NCBI GenBank assembly: GCA_020632415.1
Contig: JACKFO010000002.1
Coordinates: 228,605-292,604, forward strand
Length of the DNA stretch: 64,000 nucleotides
Direction of reading: 5' to 3'
Source of the DNA: Candidatus Nomurabacteria bacterium
GTDB taxonomy: Bacteria; Patescibacteriota; Patescibacteriia; UBA1558; GWA2-36-10
A program made the translations under genes and the position numbers. Below are positions 54,514 to 63,906 of this stretch, piece by piece; position 1 is the first letter of the stretch; every line of letters begins with the position of its first letter. Below the pieces are notes generated by a model, which was not told where the DNA came from, did not search any database, and saw only the letters and a program-made list of their open reading frames with translations.

Positions 54514-56181
54514 TTATTCTCCTTTTTTCTTTAAACCAAACAACCACAATTTATCTTCTATTTTCTTATTAACCATAATTCTTAAAAATGTTCTGGTTAC
54601 GGTAATTGCTGAGAACATGGAAATCAAAATACCAATCGCCAAGGTAATTGCAAAACCTTTGACAATAGAAGTTCCAAACCAGGCTAAAATCAAACAAGTA
54701 ATGATCGAAGAAATATTTGAGTCACGAATTGAGCTCCAGGCTCTAACAAAGCCATTTTCAATAGCTGAAGTCAAACTTCTGCCATCTCTTAATTCTTCTT
54801 TGGTTCTTTCAAAAATCAAAACATTAGCGTCCACTGCCATACCAACCGAAAGAATAAAACCGGCAACACCAGCCAAAGTCATTGTCACTGGAATAATTTC
54901 AAATAAAGCTAAAGTAAGCAATGAATAAACTCCTAAAGCCAAGACAGCAACTAAGCCTGGTAAACGATAATAAAATAGCATGAATAAAGCAGCGGCAATC
55001 AAACCAATAATACCGGCCATCAAGCTTTTTTGTACTGAACTAGCGCCCAAAGAAGCGCCTACGGTCTGCTGACTAACTAAAGTAATTGGCACTGGTAAAG
55101 CACCGGAATTCAAACGACGAACCATATCTTTGGCCTCTGAAGCATTGAAATTTCCAGAAATTACTGCATTTCCATCTTTAATCGCCTCTTGAACAGTTGG
55201 AGCAGAAACTAAAAATCCATCCAAAAAGATAGCGACCGGCTTTCCGACATTAGCGCCGGTAATTTCAGCAAACATATCTTTACCATCAGAATCAAACTCT
55301 AAACCAACTAAGGGTTGATTTGTATTTTGATCAAACTCTAAATAAGCTCTTTTTAGATTTTTACCGCCAAGTTCAGTGTTTTCCCAAATGGTATTGCCCA
55401 AATCAGCGTTTTCATTTTTGATCAAAATATGAGCAGCATGCACTTCTACTTCGCCACTTTCATTTACTCTCTCTTCAATTTTTTTGATAATATGATAACC
55501 AAATTGAGAGGTAACTAATTCTTTGGAGATTTCCCCACTCTTTAGTTGATCAAAAATAGCTTGATCAAATTCAGGAACAAACTCACCACGAGTAACCCAT
55601 GGTAAATCACCACCGTTTTGAGCTGAACCCAAGTCTTCGCTGTATTCTTGAGCAAGTTGAGCAAAGTCAGCGCCAGCTAAAGCCTTGGCTAAAATTTCTT
55701 CAGCTAATGCCCGAGGCTCATTTACAGCCTCCTCATCAGTATTAACTTCAACTATTGGCGCAACACCCTGGGTTTTAAACTCTAACAAAGGAGTCTCACC
55801 GATCATCTTAATTGCCTCATTGACATCTTTGACACCGGCAAGCTCAACAATAATGCGATAATTATCGCCGCTATAATTAGTTTGAATCGTTGGTTCAGAA
55901 ACACCATAAGCGTTTACTCGACGCTCAATCACATCTCTGACGCCTTCGACTGATTCTTTCTTATCAGAATCAGCAAAAGCAGTTACATCGGCCTCATAAA
56001 CTAAATGAGTTCCGCCTTGTAAATCTAAGCCCAAATGAACTTTAAATCTACTAAACCAACCAAAGCCTTGTGGCCAAACTACCAAAGCAGTAAAAATTGT
56101 TAAAAGCACAATTCCTAAAAAAGTAGCACGTACTTGATTTTGACTCACCTGTTTTACACGAAAAATAGTCTTTTTTTGCAT
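54514..56181 (-). CDS. secD: Protein-export membrane protein SecD with inserted parvulin-type PPIase domain in the periplasmic P1 region
   Basis: 555 aa; SecD signature LGLDLQGGTHLVY; residues about 150-240 form a complete PpiC/parvulin domain; C-terminal six TM segments. Confidence 0.8.
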   Translation of the reverse strand: MQKKTIFRVKQVSQNQVRATFLGIVLLTIFTALVVWPQGFGWFSRFKVHLGLDLQGGTHLVYEADVTAFADSDKKESVEGVRDVIERRVNAYGVSEPTIQTNYSGDNYRIIVELAGVKDVNEAIKMIGETPLLEFKTQGVAPIVEVNTDEEAVNEPRALAEEILAKALAGADFAQLAQEYSEDLGSAQNGGDLPWVTRGEFVPEFDQAIFDQLKSGEISKELVTSQFGYHIIKKIEERVNESGEVEVHAAHILIKNENADLGNTIWENTELGGKNLKRAYLEFDQNTNQPLVGLEFDSDGKDMFAEITGANVGKPVAIFLDGFLVSAPTVQEAIKDGNAVISGNFNASEAKDMVRRLNSGALPVPITLVSQQTVGASLGASSVQKSLMAGIIGLIAAALFMLFYYRLPGLVAVLALGVYSLLTLALFEIIPVTMTLAGVAGFILSVGMAVDANVLIFERTKEELRDGRSLTSAIENGFVRAWSSIRDSNISSIITCLILAWFGTSIVKGFAITLAIGILISMFSAITVTRTFLRIMVNKKIEDKLWLFGLKKKGE

Positions 56182-56221
56182 AGAAATTTATTTTTAAATA
56201 TGCGGATATTTTAGCACAAAT

Positions 56222-57037
56222 CTATTTTTTTTCAAGCTTTGACTGCTTGACTGCCAAAAATTGAATTGCTGCCCCTAAATCCGGTAAAATTGGGCTCAAG
56301 AATTTTCTTTCCCAATTTAAGTAAACTTTGTAAATTTTTAAAAACCACTTTGCTTCTAGACGTGGAAAATAATCATAAGTATAAAATTCTTTTATTTTAA
56401 AACCAACATTTTTTAAGCTTTGACGCATTTTTTTTGGAAAAAAAACTTCAGCATCAGGTTCAATCATTTCTTGATGAACAGTTGCCTGGGGAACAAAAAT
56501 ATTTAAAGCACGAATTAATAAACGCACAGCAAGCCAAGAATAAAAAAATGGATTGTGCCATTTATGATAATTAGCATTTGGTTCACCTAAAATTACAAAA
56601 TGTCCTTCTGGTTTTAAGACTCTAAAAACTTCTCGAAAAGTTTGTTCCATAGCGAAAAAATGATGTAAGGAACCATTGATCACTACTAGGTCAAAAAAAT
56701 TGTCCTGATAAGGCAAAGCAACAGATTCTCCTTGAGTAAAATTGATGTTTGGGTATTTATTTTTGGCAATTTTTAAAACCTCTTCTGACAAATCTACGCC
56801 GTAAACATTTTCTGCAATAGTCAAAAGTTTAGCACTCAAGCGACCAGTGCCACAGGCAATATCTAAACACTTCTCTGCTTTTTTGGAGCCAATGAATTTT
56901 TGTAAATTAGAAAAATTCCAAGTATCAACAATTTTCGCTGACTCGGTCTCTGTATGCCAAGAATCATACTTTTCAGCGGTCGAATTATAATATTCTAACT
57001 GAACTTTCTTTTTTTCTTCGTAAATTTGTTCATTCAT
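56222..57037 (-). CDS. Class I SAM-dependent methyltransferase
   Basis: 271 aa; motif I LDIACGTGRLSAKL, motif II/III region; substrate unknown. Confidence 0.7.
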   Translation of the reverse strand: MNEQIYEEKKKVQLEYYNSTAEKYDSWHTETESAKIVDTWNFSNLQKFIGSKKAEKCLDIACGTGRLSAKLLTIAENVYGVDLSEEVLKIAKNKYPNINFTQGESVALPYQDNFFDLVVINGSLHHFFAMEQTFREVFRVLKPEGHFVILGEPNANYHKWHNPFFYSWLAVRLLIRALNIFVPQATVHQEMIEPDAEVFFPKKMRQSLKNVGFKIKEFYTYDYFPRLEAKWFLKIYKVYLNWERKFLSPILPDLGAAIQFLAVKQSKLEKK

Positions 57038-57125
57038 AACAGCAAAATTGTCTCATTTTTTAAGCTTTGTGTCAAAAATATTATTGACAAAAAAAGCCAC
57101 GAAAAATTTCCGTGACCTTCTTTTA

Positions 57126-57698
57126 TTATTCAAAATAAATTGGAATTTCTAAAGCATCGTCATGCTCCGGTAATCCTGAAGGATTATCTTTTTGAAAAAT
57201 CAAAGCTCCGTTGTTTTTGTAATCTGGTTTGCTAAATTCTAAGTTTACAGTAAAAGGCACAAAATCTTCGGTCATCCAATCCCCCTTAGCCTGAGCAATT
57301 CCTTGAGCAATGATCAGACCGTCCCAATTAACTAAACTTACCGGAAAAGAGCTTTCAAAAAACCAAGTTCCTCTGGCTTGACCAGAAATAGTAAGCGGAC
57401 TTGTAATATAATCATCAGCATGAACAGAGTCTAAACGAATTAAATTAAATTTTTCTTGCTCTGCTTTATTTAAAATTTGATCCTTTAAAATTTCCACAAA
57501 AGTTTCATTGTTTGCTCGACACTGACGTGGATGAGATTCCATTATCGGAAAACCCGCTGCTTCACATTCAATAAAATTAGCAATCTTTTTTTCTTCTGTT
57601 TCAGATTTTTTTAACAATAAACCACCAACAATCAATAATAAAACTGCTATTTCTAAAGCGTAATAAATATATTTTTGATTCCCTGATCTAAACATCAT
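57126..57698 (-). CDS. Hypothetical membrane-anchored/secreted protein
   Basis: 190 aa; N-terminal TM anchor; followed by minus-strand terminator hairpin at about 57075-57100. Confidence 0.45.
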   Translation of the reverse strand: MMFRSGNQKYIYYALEIAVLLLIVGGLLLKKSETEEKKIANFIECEAAGFPIMESHPRQCRANNETFVEILKDQILNKAEQEKFNLIRLDSVHADDYITSPLTISGQARGTWFFESSFPVSLVNWDGLIIAQGIAQAKGDWMTEDFVPFTVNLEFSKPDYKNNGALIFQKDNPSGLPEHDDALEIPIYFE

Positions 57699-57773
57699 AA
57701 AATTACAAGTTCAATGATTATTGACTAAATTAATCGCTTATCTTATACTATCTTCATCATTTTACAATAATAT

Positions 57774-57848
57774 TCGGGGATCGTCTAATTGGTAGGACGA
57801 CTGGTTCTGGTCCAGTTAATCGGGGTTCAAATCCCTGTCCCCGAGCCA
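57774..57848 (+). tRNA. tRNA-Gln (anticodon CUG)
   Basis: 75 nt cloverleaf folded by hand: acceptor TCGGGGA/TCCCCGA (U1:A72), D-arm GTCT/GGAC, anticodon arm ACTGG-TTCTGGT-CCAGT, T-arm CGGGG-TTCAAAT-CCCTG, G73, encoded CCA. Confidence 0.8.
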
Positions 57849-57913
57849 AGCGAATGAAGTGAGCGTAGGTTCGGGATTGATAAAATTGAGTCGGAGACGA
57901 AAATCCTAAGATG

Positions 57914-57956
57914 CTGGACAATGGTCCAGCGCCCCGAGCCAAGCGAATGAAGTGAG
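57914..57956 (+). repeat. Degenerate duplicate of the tRNA-Gln 3' half (anticodon-arm-like hairpin plus 25-nt exact repeat of tRNA 3' end and trailer)
   Basis: CCCCGAGCCAAGCGAATGAAGTGAG at 57839-57863 and 57932-57956; preceded by CTGGACAATGGTCCAG, which resembles the anticodon arm. Confidence 0.6.
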
Positions 57957-57958
57957 TG

Positions 57959-57979
57959 CAGCTGAAAAGCTGTTTTTTT
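57959..57979 (+). terminator. Rho-independent terminator after tRNA region
   Basis: CAGCTG-aaaa-GCTG followed by TTTTTTT. Confidence 0.55.
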
Positions 57980-57980
57980 A

Positions 57981-58007
57981 AATAAAAAAGCCCGACCGAA
58001 GTCAGGC
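57981..58007 (-). terminator. Rho-independent terminator (minus strand) for the 58002-58238 gene
   Basis: Minus-strand reading: GCCTGAC-ttcg-GTCGGGC followed by TTTTTTATTT. Confidence 0.6.
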
Positions 58008-58238
58008 TGTTGGTGAAACTGGATCTTTTTCTACTTCAGAAAGCGTAATCATATAGCTTTCGCTTCCAACGATCTTGTGCCACTGACCAAGAAAATGAAT
58101 GATCCGCACGCCTTTGTTTTCTGCGATACTAATGATGATCATCTCAGAGGTAATGCTGTAAGAGAACACGTGAACGTTCTCTGTGTGGCCAGCTCGATCA
58201 GTCAGAAGAAGCTCTGTGCCCTTAGAAAAAATCTTCAT
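58002..58238 (-). CDS. Hypothetical small protein (78 aa)
   Basis: ORF with good downstream terminator; no motifs recognised. Confidence 0.4.
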   Translation of the reverse strand: MKIFSKGTELLLTDRAGHTENVHVFSYSITSEMIIISIAENKGVRIIHFLGQWHKIVGSESYMITLSEVEKDPVSPTA

Positions 58239-58277
58239 CGTTCAATCCTCCAGATTGAATGTTCTTAATTTAAGTTG

Positions 58278-59780
58278 TTATAGCACTTCTCCCCCAAAGA
58301 CGTCAACAGCTTCATTAACACCTTTTTCTGAGCCACCACGAAATTCCTGATGATGAGCCTGATAATCATCATCTATTTCAAAAGTTATTTTAATTTTTTT
58401 ATTTAAAATCCGAGCTATTTTTTCTTCAATCTCTTGTTTCATTTCTGGCTTACTGAGCTGTTCAATGTGAAAAGAAAATTCACAACCAATCACAATCTCT
58501 TGTTCGCCAGCGTTCAGAGGATGCGCATTTTTGATCAAACCAGAGATAGAATGATTTAGTGGTTTTAATAAATCAACCAAATGATCCCAATTATTTTGTA
58601 ATGATTTCCAAAGATCATTCTTCTCTATTTCTATTTTATTATTTGAAATATTTGCTGGCGTTTGATGTTCTATTTTTAATTCCGAAGTAGATGCTAATAA
58701 AAATTCTACACAGGCTAGCTCCAATGGCAATTGATCAATAATGCTTTGTTGCTTGTTACTAGTTTTATTTAATAAAATATTTAGCAAGCGAGATAAGTCA
58801 GCAAGTTGAAAACCATCGGCTTGTTTTTTTATTTCTTCTTTTAAATGATCGTCTAGATTCAAAGAAAAATCAGAACCGATAATTTTATAAAGCATTGTTT
58901 GACGAACATAGTCTAATAAATCATTAAGTAAAGTATCAACATCCACACCTTCGTCAATTAATTTAGCGATTTGATTTAATGCCGCAGCTAGATTGTTTAA
59001 ACGTAAAGCTTCTAACAAAATATCTATTTCCTGCCAATTATTACGTGGCAAAACCAAAGAAACTAAATCATCAGTCACTTTGCCACTGGATAAAGAAATA
59101 ATCTGTCCCAAAAGTGACTCTGCATCACGCAAACAACCTTCTGAGCGACGAGCAATTTGCGCTAAAACACTATCCTCTATTTGAATTTTTTCCCATTCAA
59201 TGATCTCTGTTAATCTTTTGATCACTTCGGCTTGAGGGATTTTTTTGAAATCAAAACGCTGACAGCGAGAAATAATTGTTTCAGGAACTTTGTGAATTTC
59301 TGTTGTTGCTAAAATAAAAATAACTTGTTTTGGTGGTTCTTCCAAAGTTTTGAGCAAAGCATTAAAAGCTGACTTAGAAAGCATGTGCACTTCATCAATC
59401 ACGAAAACTTTATAACCTTTTTGATTAAAAGGCGGAGTTTGAGCGTTAGCAATAATGTTTTCCCTGACATTATCTACGCCGGTATGTGAAGCGGCATCAA
59501 TTTCAATCACATCCAAAGACTGATTGTTCAAATTACTTTGGCAAGCCTGACAAGCATTACAAGGCTCAGCTTCATTTTCTTTGCGATTTAGACAGTTTAA
59601 AGAGCGCGCAAAAAGACGGGCCAATGTTGTTTTGCCCGTTCCTCTTGGTCCTACAAATAGGTAAGCATGCGCAAGCATGCCAGAAATTATTTCATTTTCC
59701 AGAGTAACTTTGATTGGTCTTTGACCAACAACTTCTTTGAAAACTTTTGGTCGATATTTTCTGTACAATACCTCTGACAT
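58278..59780 (-). CDS. dnaX: DNA polymerase III subunit gamma/tau
   Basis: 500 aa; Walker A GPRGTGKTT, Zn module CLNRKENEAEPCNACQAC, DEVHML box, SRC motif. Confidence 0.9.
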   Translation of the reverse strand: MSEVLYRKYRPKVFKEVVGQRPIKVTLENEIISGMLAHAYLFVGPRGTGKTTLARLFARSLNCLNRKENEAEPCNACQACQSNLNNQSLDVIEIDAASHTGVDNVRENIIANAQTPPFNQKGYKVFVIDEVHMLSKSAFNALLKTLEEPPKQVIFILATTEIHKVPETIISRCQRFDFKKIPQAEVIKRLTEIIEWEKIQIEDSVLAQIARRSEGCLRDAESLLGQIISLSSGKVTDDLVSLVLPRNNWQEIDILLEALRLNNLAAALNQIAKLIDEGVDVDTLLNDLLDYVRQTMLYKIIGSDFSLNLDDHLKEEIKKQADGFQLADLSRLLNILLNKTSNKQQSIIDQLPLELACVEFLLASTSELKIEHQTPANISNNKIEIEKNDLWKSLQNNWDHLVDLLKPLNHSISGLIKNAHPLNAGEQEIVIGCEFSFHIEQLSKPEMKQEIEEKIARILNKKIKITFEIDDDYQAHHQEFRGGSEKGVNEAVDVFGGEVL

Positions 59781-59798
59781 GAAAAATTGTTATTTTTA

Positions 59799-60428
59799 TT
59801 ATAAGTTAATTTCTAAATCTTCTTCTTGATAATTTTTATTTTTTTTATTTTTGATCACATTTTCAACGGCTGCCCATTCACTATCTTCATCTTTTGGCAC
59901 CAAGATCACAACTTCATCACCTTCTTCGCCTTTGAAATAAGTAATACTGGCTAATAATACTTTAAATATTTTTTCCCCAGCCAAAACAACAAAATTTCCA
60001 CTTTCTTTATCTCTCACCAAATGTCCGATCAAACGCTGTCTCTCTACTGGTGAAATTTGTTTGAAAACAAAAGCCCCGTTATTATCAATCGTTAGTTTTA
60101 AAATATCTCCTTCAACTAATTTTGATTTTGAAGCATAGTTCGCTGGCACTGAATATTGTTTGCCGTCAGGACCAATCATGATTTGACCATTAAAAACCCC
60201 TTCAATCACCAAACCTTCCTCTTCAGTATCTTCTCGGCCATATTCGGCTGCTTTCAAACTATAATTTACAGCATCTTTTGGCTTTTTGCCCTGCAACTCT
60301 CCTAAAACTATTTTAGTTTTTTTGAGCTCTAATTCTAAATTGTAAACCAAAGATTCTAAATCTTTAATTTTTTTTGCATCTGCCATTTTTATTTTTTGTT
60401 TTTGTAAATTTTTTGCTCTTTTCTTCAT
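59799..60428 (-). CDS. Hypothetical protein (209 aa) with N-terminal coiled-coil
   Basis: ORF only; true start may be the internal MADAKK; sits between the fused ATPase gene and dnaX. Confidence 0.4.
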   Translation of the reverse strand: MKKRAKNLQKQKIKMADAKKIKDLESLVYNLELELKKTKIVLGELQGKKPKDAVNYSLKAAEYGREDTEEEGLVIEGVFNGQIMIGPDGKQYSVPANYASKSKLVEGDILKLTIDNNGAFVFKQISPVERQRLIGHLVRDKESGNFVVLAGEKIFKVLLASITYFKGEEGDEVVILVPKDEDSEWAAVENVIKNKKNKNYQEEDLEINL

Positions 60429-60489
60429 TTAGAATAACATAAAAATACCCGGATTTCAATAGGTATTTTTAGGCTAAATTTACTTATTT

Positions 60490-62931
60490 TTAGACTTTTA
60501 AACGCCTTACCACTTCTTCTTCGATTAACTTCCTATCTCGTCCATATTTTAAGGCTGACAATTCTTTGATTGCCTGGGCTAATTCAAAATGACCTTTTTC
60601 TGGTTTGATTGGTTGAAAATTAAAAGCTGGAGTGACTGTATTGTCAATCAATAATTTTACATAACAAGTATATTTTGGCATATTGATCAAATCATATTCT
60701 GAGACTACTGGAGCCATTTGTTTGGCAATAATCTCTGAATCTTCTACGCCAATTCGGAAAGAAACCAAAGTTCCAACATTACCAAAAATAGCATCTCTGG
60801 TTCTAGTATCTCCGCTTTTAACTAACTGAGCAATAAACTGATGAGCTAAAATTAAATTTAATTTATATTTTCTGGCTTCTGACAAAATAACCGAAACTGT
60901 ATCAGTAATAAAATTTTGAAACTCATCAATGTATAGATAAAAGTCCTTTCTGTCTTCTTCGGCAGTGTCTACCCGACTCATGGCAGCAAATAATAATTTT
61001 CCAATCACCACCATTCCTAGTAAACTACTATTTGTTTCACCGATCTTACCTTTGGATAGATTCAATAAAACAATTTTATTTGAATCCATCGCCTCTCGGA
61101 AATTAAAAGCACTTTTACTTTGAGCGATAATCGGTCGAATCAAATCATTGGAAATAAACGGAGTTAATTTACTAGTAATATAAGGAACCATGTTAGCTAA
61201 GGCTGCATCGCCGCCAGCTTTTTGCGCCTCTTTTTCCCAAAAATCTTTGACAAAAACATTTTTAACAGTCTCTAATTTTTTCTTTCGATACTCAGCGTCT
61301 GCTAAAATTTTTGGAATTTCTAATAGCGTCGCTCCGCTTTCTTTATCATCCATAACCAGCAACATGGCATTGCGCATGTATTGTTCAAACATCGGACCAC
61401 CGGTAGCTTTTAAGTCGTATAGTTTATCAAAAATTGCAATCATTTCGTTGATCACAAAAGTTTTTTGCTCTTCCGTTTCATATTCCAACATGTTCATTCC
61501 TAATGGTCGTTGGGAATTTGCCGGATCAAACAAAATCACATCTTCTGCTCTTTCTTTTGGAATTTGAGTCAAAATAACCTCTACCAAATCACCATGTGGA
61601 TCAACTACGCAGACTCCCTTGCCAGCTTTAATGTCCTGAATAATTAAACTTTCCTGAAAAACAGATTTTCCGGTTCCAGTCTGACCAATGACATACATAT
61701 GGCGGCGGCGATCCTCTGACTTGATCCTAACTAGGGTCTCTCGACCACGATAAGAGCTTTTGCCGAGTATTAAGCCATCTTGGGGCATATTGCTTGGTGG
61801 TGGGGCCTTAACAGCCTCCAACCAAGCAATGTTTGGAGTTTCGGTGGTCGGTAAAGGCAAATGAATGACCGAAACCATTTCTTCTGAATTCAAAAGAAAA
61901 CTATTTTTATCAATAAATTGTCGGAAAATAAACTGATCAATCAATTTGTCAGATTTTTTAGGAAGCAAAGCTTCGAAGCTATTACCAAATTCATAAATAT
62001 TGTATTGCGCATAACTATTCAAAATATCTTCCAAAACTGCCTCTGATCTTTCTTTGCTATTGCTAGAAACAACCACTCTTAGATTGACATCTAAGGCTGG
62101 TTTAGAGTTTTTATCTTCTAAAAGCTTACTAATTTCCTGTTCTTTAGCAGAACTTTGATGTTTATTTTCTAATGGAAATTGTTGATGATCTTTATTTTTG
62201 TCTGGACTAGCAAAATTAAAAAAACTTCCTAAAAATGAGAAAAACCCAAAAATTGATTTTCCACTACCCGCTTTTGAAACCGCAGTTTGCAAACTCTCAC
62301 CATCTTGCATGTTTCTAACAATTTTCCTTGCTCTGCTATGCCAAGCCTTTGGCGCGGATTTAAAAACATACTGAATGGAAGCTGACTCATGTTCGTTCAG
62401 CTTACTCAAAGCATTGGTAATACTCTCCAAAGGATCATTTTCAAAAACATGGTAAGTTTTGATCGGTAAAGTAGAATCTTTTTTTAATTTCAAAGCACCT
62501 GCTTTAATCACACTGTTAGCTTCAAAAATATTGTAATCAGAAATTTCTTCAAAATAAACTTTTGGATAAACTGATTGAAATTGTTGTAAAAAAAATTCTT
62601 TTAATTTTTTAGGGACGGCCACGTAAAAATAAATAATCCCCTTAAAGGCTACCATTTCTAAAGAAAAAATTCTTTCTTTTTTCAAAGATTTTTCAGATTT
62701 CAAACCAGCTAGAGCAGTAAAAAGATTTTCAATTCGACCCAAAGCGCCATTAATATAATCTTTATTTAATTCATCCTGATCTTTTTTGGTATATCTAGGA
62801 ACTTTGAGCAAAAGCATTTCTAGTTCAGGATTTTTATTAATATTTTTTTTATACCAAAAAAATAAAATTACTAAGGCAATGGCCAGTAATAAAAAAATGC
62901 TGATTAAAATAATAGCTTCTAGCGAAATCAT
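60490..62931 (-). CDS. Fused membrane-anchored FtsK-HerA superfamily ATPase (TraD/VirD4/HerA-like); single-gene equivalent of the 50784-52295 plus 49030-50778 pair
   Basis: 813 aa; N-terminal TM; middle region homologous to the 503-aa protein; C-terminal ATPase with GQTGTGKS, DPHGD, YLYIDEFQNF, ARKYKLNLILAHQ. Confidence 0.6.
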   Translation of the reverse strand: MISLEAIILISIFLLLAIALVILFFWYKKNINKNPELEMLLLKVPRYTKKDQDELNKDYINGALGRIENLFTALAGLKSEKSLKKERIFSLEMVAFKGIIYFYVAVPKKLKEFFLQQFQSVYPKVYFEEISDYNIFEANSVIKAGALKLKKDSTLPIKTYHVFENDPLESITNALSKLNEHESASIQYVFKSAPKAWHSRARKIVRNMQDGESLQTAVSKAGSGKSIFGFFSFLGSFFNFASPDKNKDHQQFPLENKHQSSAKEQEISKLLEDKNSKPALDVNLRVVVSSNSKERSEAVLEDILNSYAQYNIYEFGNSFEALLPKKSDKLIDQFIFRQFIDKNSFLLNSEEMVSVIHLPLPTTETPNIAWLEAVKAPPPSNMPQDGLILGKSSYRGRETLVRIKSEDRRRHMYVIGQTGTGKSVFQESLIIQDIKAGKGVCVVDPHGDLVEVILTQIPKERAEDVILFDPANSQRPLGMNMLEYETEEQKTFVINEMIAIFDKLYDLKATGGPMFEQYMRNAMLLVMDDKESGATLLEIPKILADAEYRKKKLETVKNVFVKDFWEKEAQKAGGDAALANMVPYITSKLTPFISNDLIRPIIAQSKSAFNFREAMDSNKIVLLNLSKGKIGETNSSLLGMVVIGKLLFAAMSRVDTAEEDRKDFYLYIDEFQNFITDTVSVILSEARKYKLNLILAHQFIAQLVKSGDTRTRDAIFGNVGTLVSFRIGVEDSEIIAKQMAPVVSEYDLINMPKYTCYVKLLIDNTVTPAFNFQPIKPEKGHFELAQAIKELSALKYGRDRKLIEEEVVRRLKV

Positions 62932-63404
62932 TGTTTGTTTTCTTGTTTATACATGTTTAAAATCGCGTCGGCTTTAATTTTTGCTTCCTGCTGCAAAAAA
63001 TGTTTATTAACTTTTGGTATAATTCTAAGCCACTGAAAAATTAAATCAATGATTTTTTTCATTTTAGCTTTTCCAGATTTAAGCAAAACAAATATTTTTT
63101 TGGCAGTTTCTTCACCTTTTTGTTTAAAAACTAATTGCGTAGCACTATCCATCGATAAAAAAGCACTTTCCATATTTTCAGATAAAATACTTTCTACTTT
63201 TTTTAGTTCCAAATCAGCGTCAAAATTAGCGTTTTGCGAAACACTTTTTACTTGAGGCAAGTCAATATTTATCGGTTCTCTTTCTTGTTTTTCTTGACTT
63301 GACTGCTCTGGAGTTGTTTCTTTGGATTCTAATTTTTGACCAGAATCTTTTTCCAAAGAAACAGGCTCTTGTTTTAGATCTAATTCAAATTTATTTTCTG
63401 GCAT
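62928..63404 (-). CDS. Hypothetical acidic protein (158 aa)
   Basis: 4-nt start/stop overlap with downstream ATPase gene (operon); no motifs. Confidence 0.4.
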   Translation of the reverse strand: MPENKFELDLKQEPVSLEKDSGQKLESKETTPEQSSQEKQEREPINIDLPQVKSVSQNANFDADLELKKVESILSENMESAFLSMDSATQLVFKQKGEETAKKIFVLLKSGKAKMKKIIDLIFQWLRIIPKVNKHFLQQEAKIKADAILNMYKQENKQ

Positions 63405-63459
63405 AGTTATTAATCCGAGATAGCTATATTATACCAAATTTTGACTCAAATACCAAAGT

Positions 63460-63906
63460 CTAAGTTTTTTTCAACTTAATTATTTTTTGATAAATCAAAT
63501 CCCGATCGTCTAATTTTGATAAATCAAAACGTTTATGGTTTAACCAAAGAGATATTCCGTGATAACCAGTTTTTTTTATTTTTTTTATTTTTTTCAAAGA
63601 AATGCTTCCCGATAAATTATATTTTAGCTTGTTTTTTTCTAAAAATAACAAACGCTTGTTGGTCAGTAAATACAGGTTGTCTGCTTTTTCAAAAATCTTC
63701 ACGACAAATAGTAAGGCTAAAAAAATTAAACTGAGCCAAAGAAAAAATCCTCGCCTACCTTGCACGCTCATTGGGTATAACAAAAAGAAAATTATCGGAA
63801 AAACTATAAAAAAAACAAAATAAAAAGACCAACTAGTCTTTTTGATTGCCGAGACGCAAATCAAAGACTCGTATTGATCTAAAAATTCCTCAAAATGATT
63901 CATCAT
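63460..63906 (-). CDS. Small membrane protein, possibly bacterial PH-domain (bPH_2/YdbS-like)
   Basis: 148 aa; two TM helices then a segment LYLLTNKRLLFLEKNK reminiscent of bPH_2. Confidence 0.35.
   Translation of the reverse strand: MMNHFEEFLDQYESLICVSAIKKTSWSFYFVFFIVFPIIFFLLYPMSVQGRRGFFLWLSLIFLALLFVVKIFEKADNLYLLTNKRLLFLEKNKLKYNLSGSISLKKIKKIKKTGYHGISLWLNHKRFDLSKLDDRDLIYQKIIKLKKT

Noticed and set aside
57757-57942. 61-aa minus-strand ORF MARGAGPLSSILGFSSPTQF...
   Set aside because: It lies entirely antisense to the tRNA-Gln gene and its duplicated 3' remnant. It is a GC-rich tRNA region read in a spurious frame.
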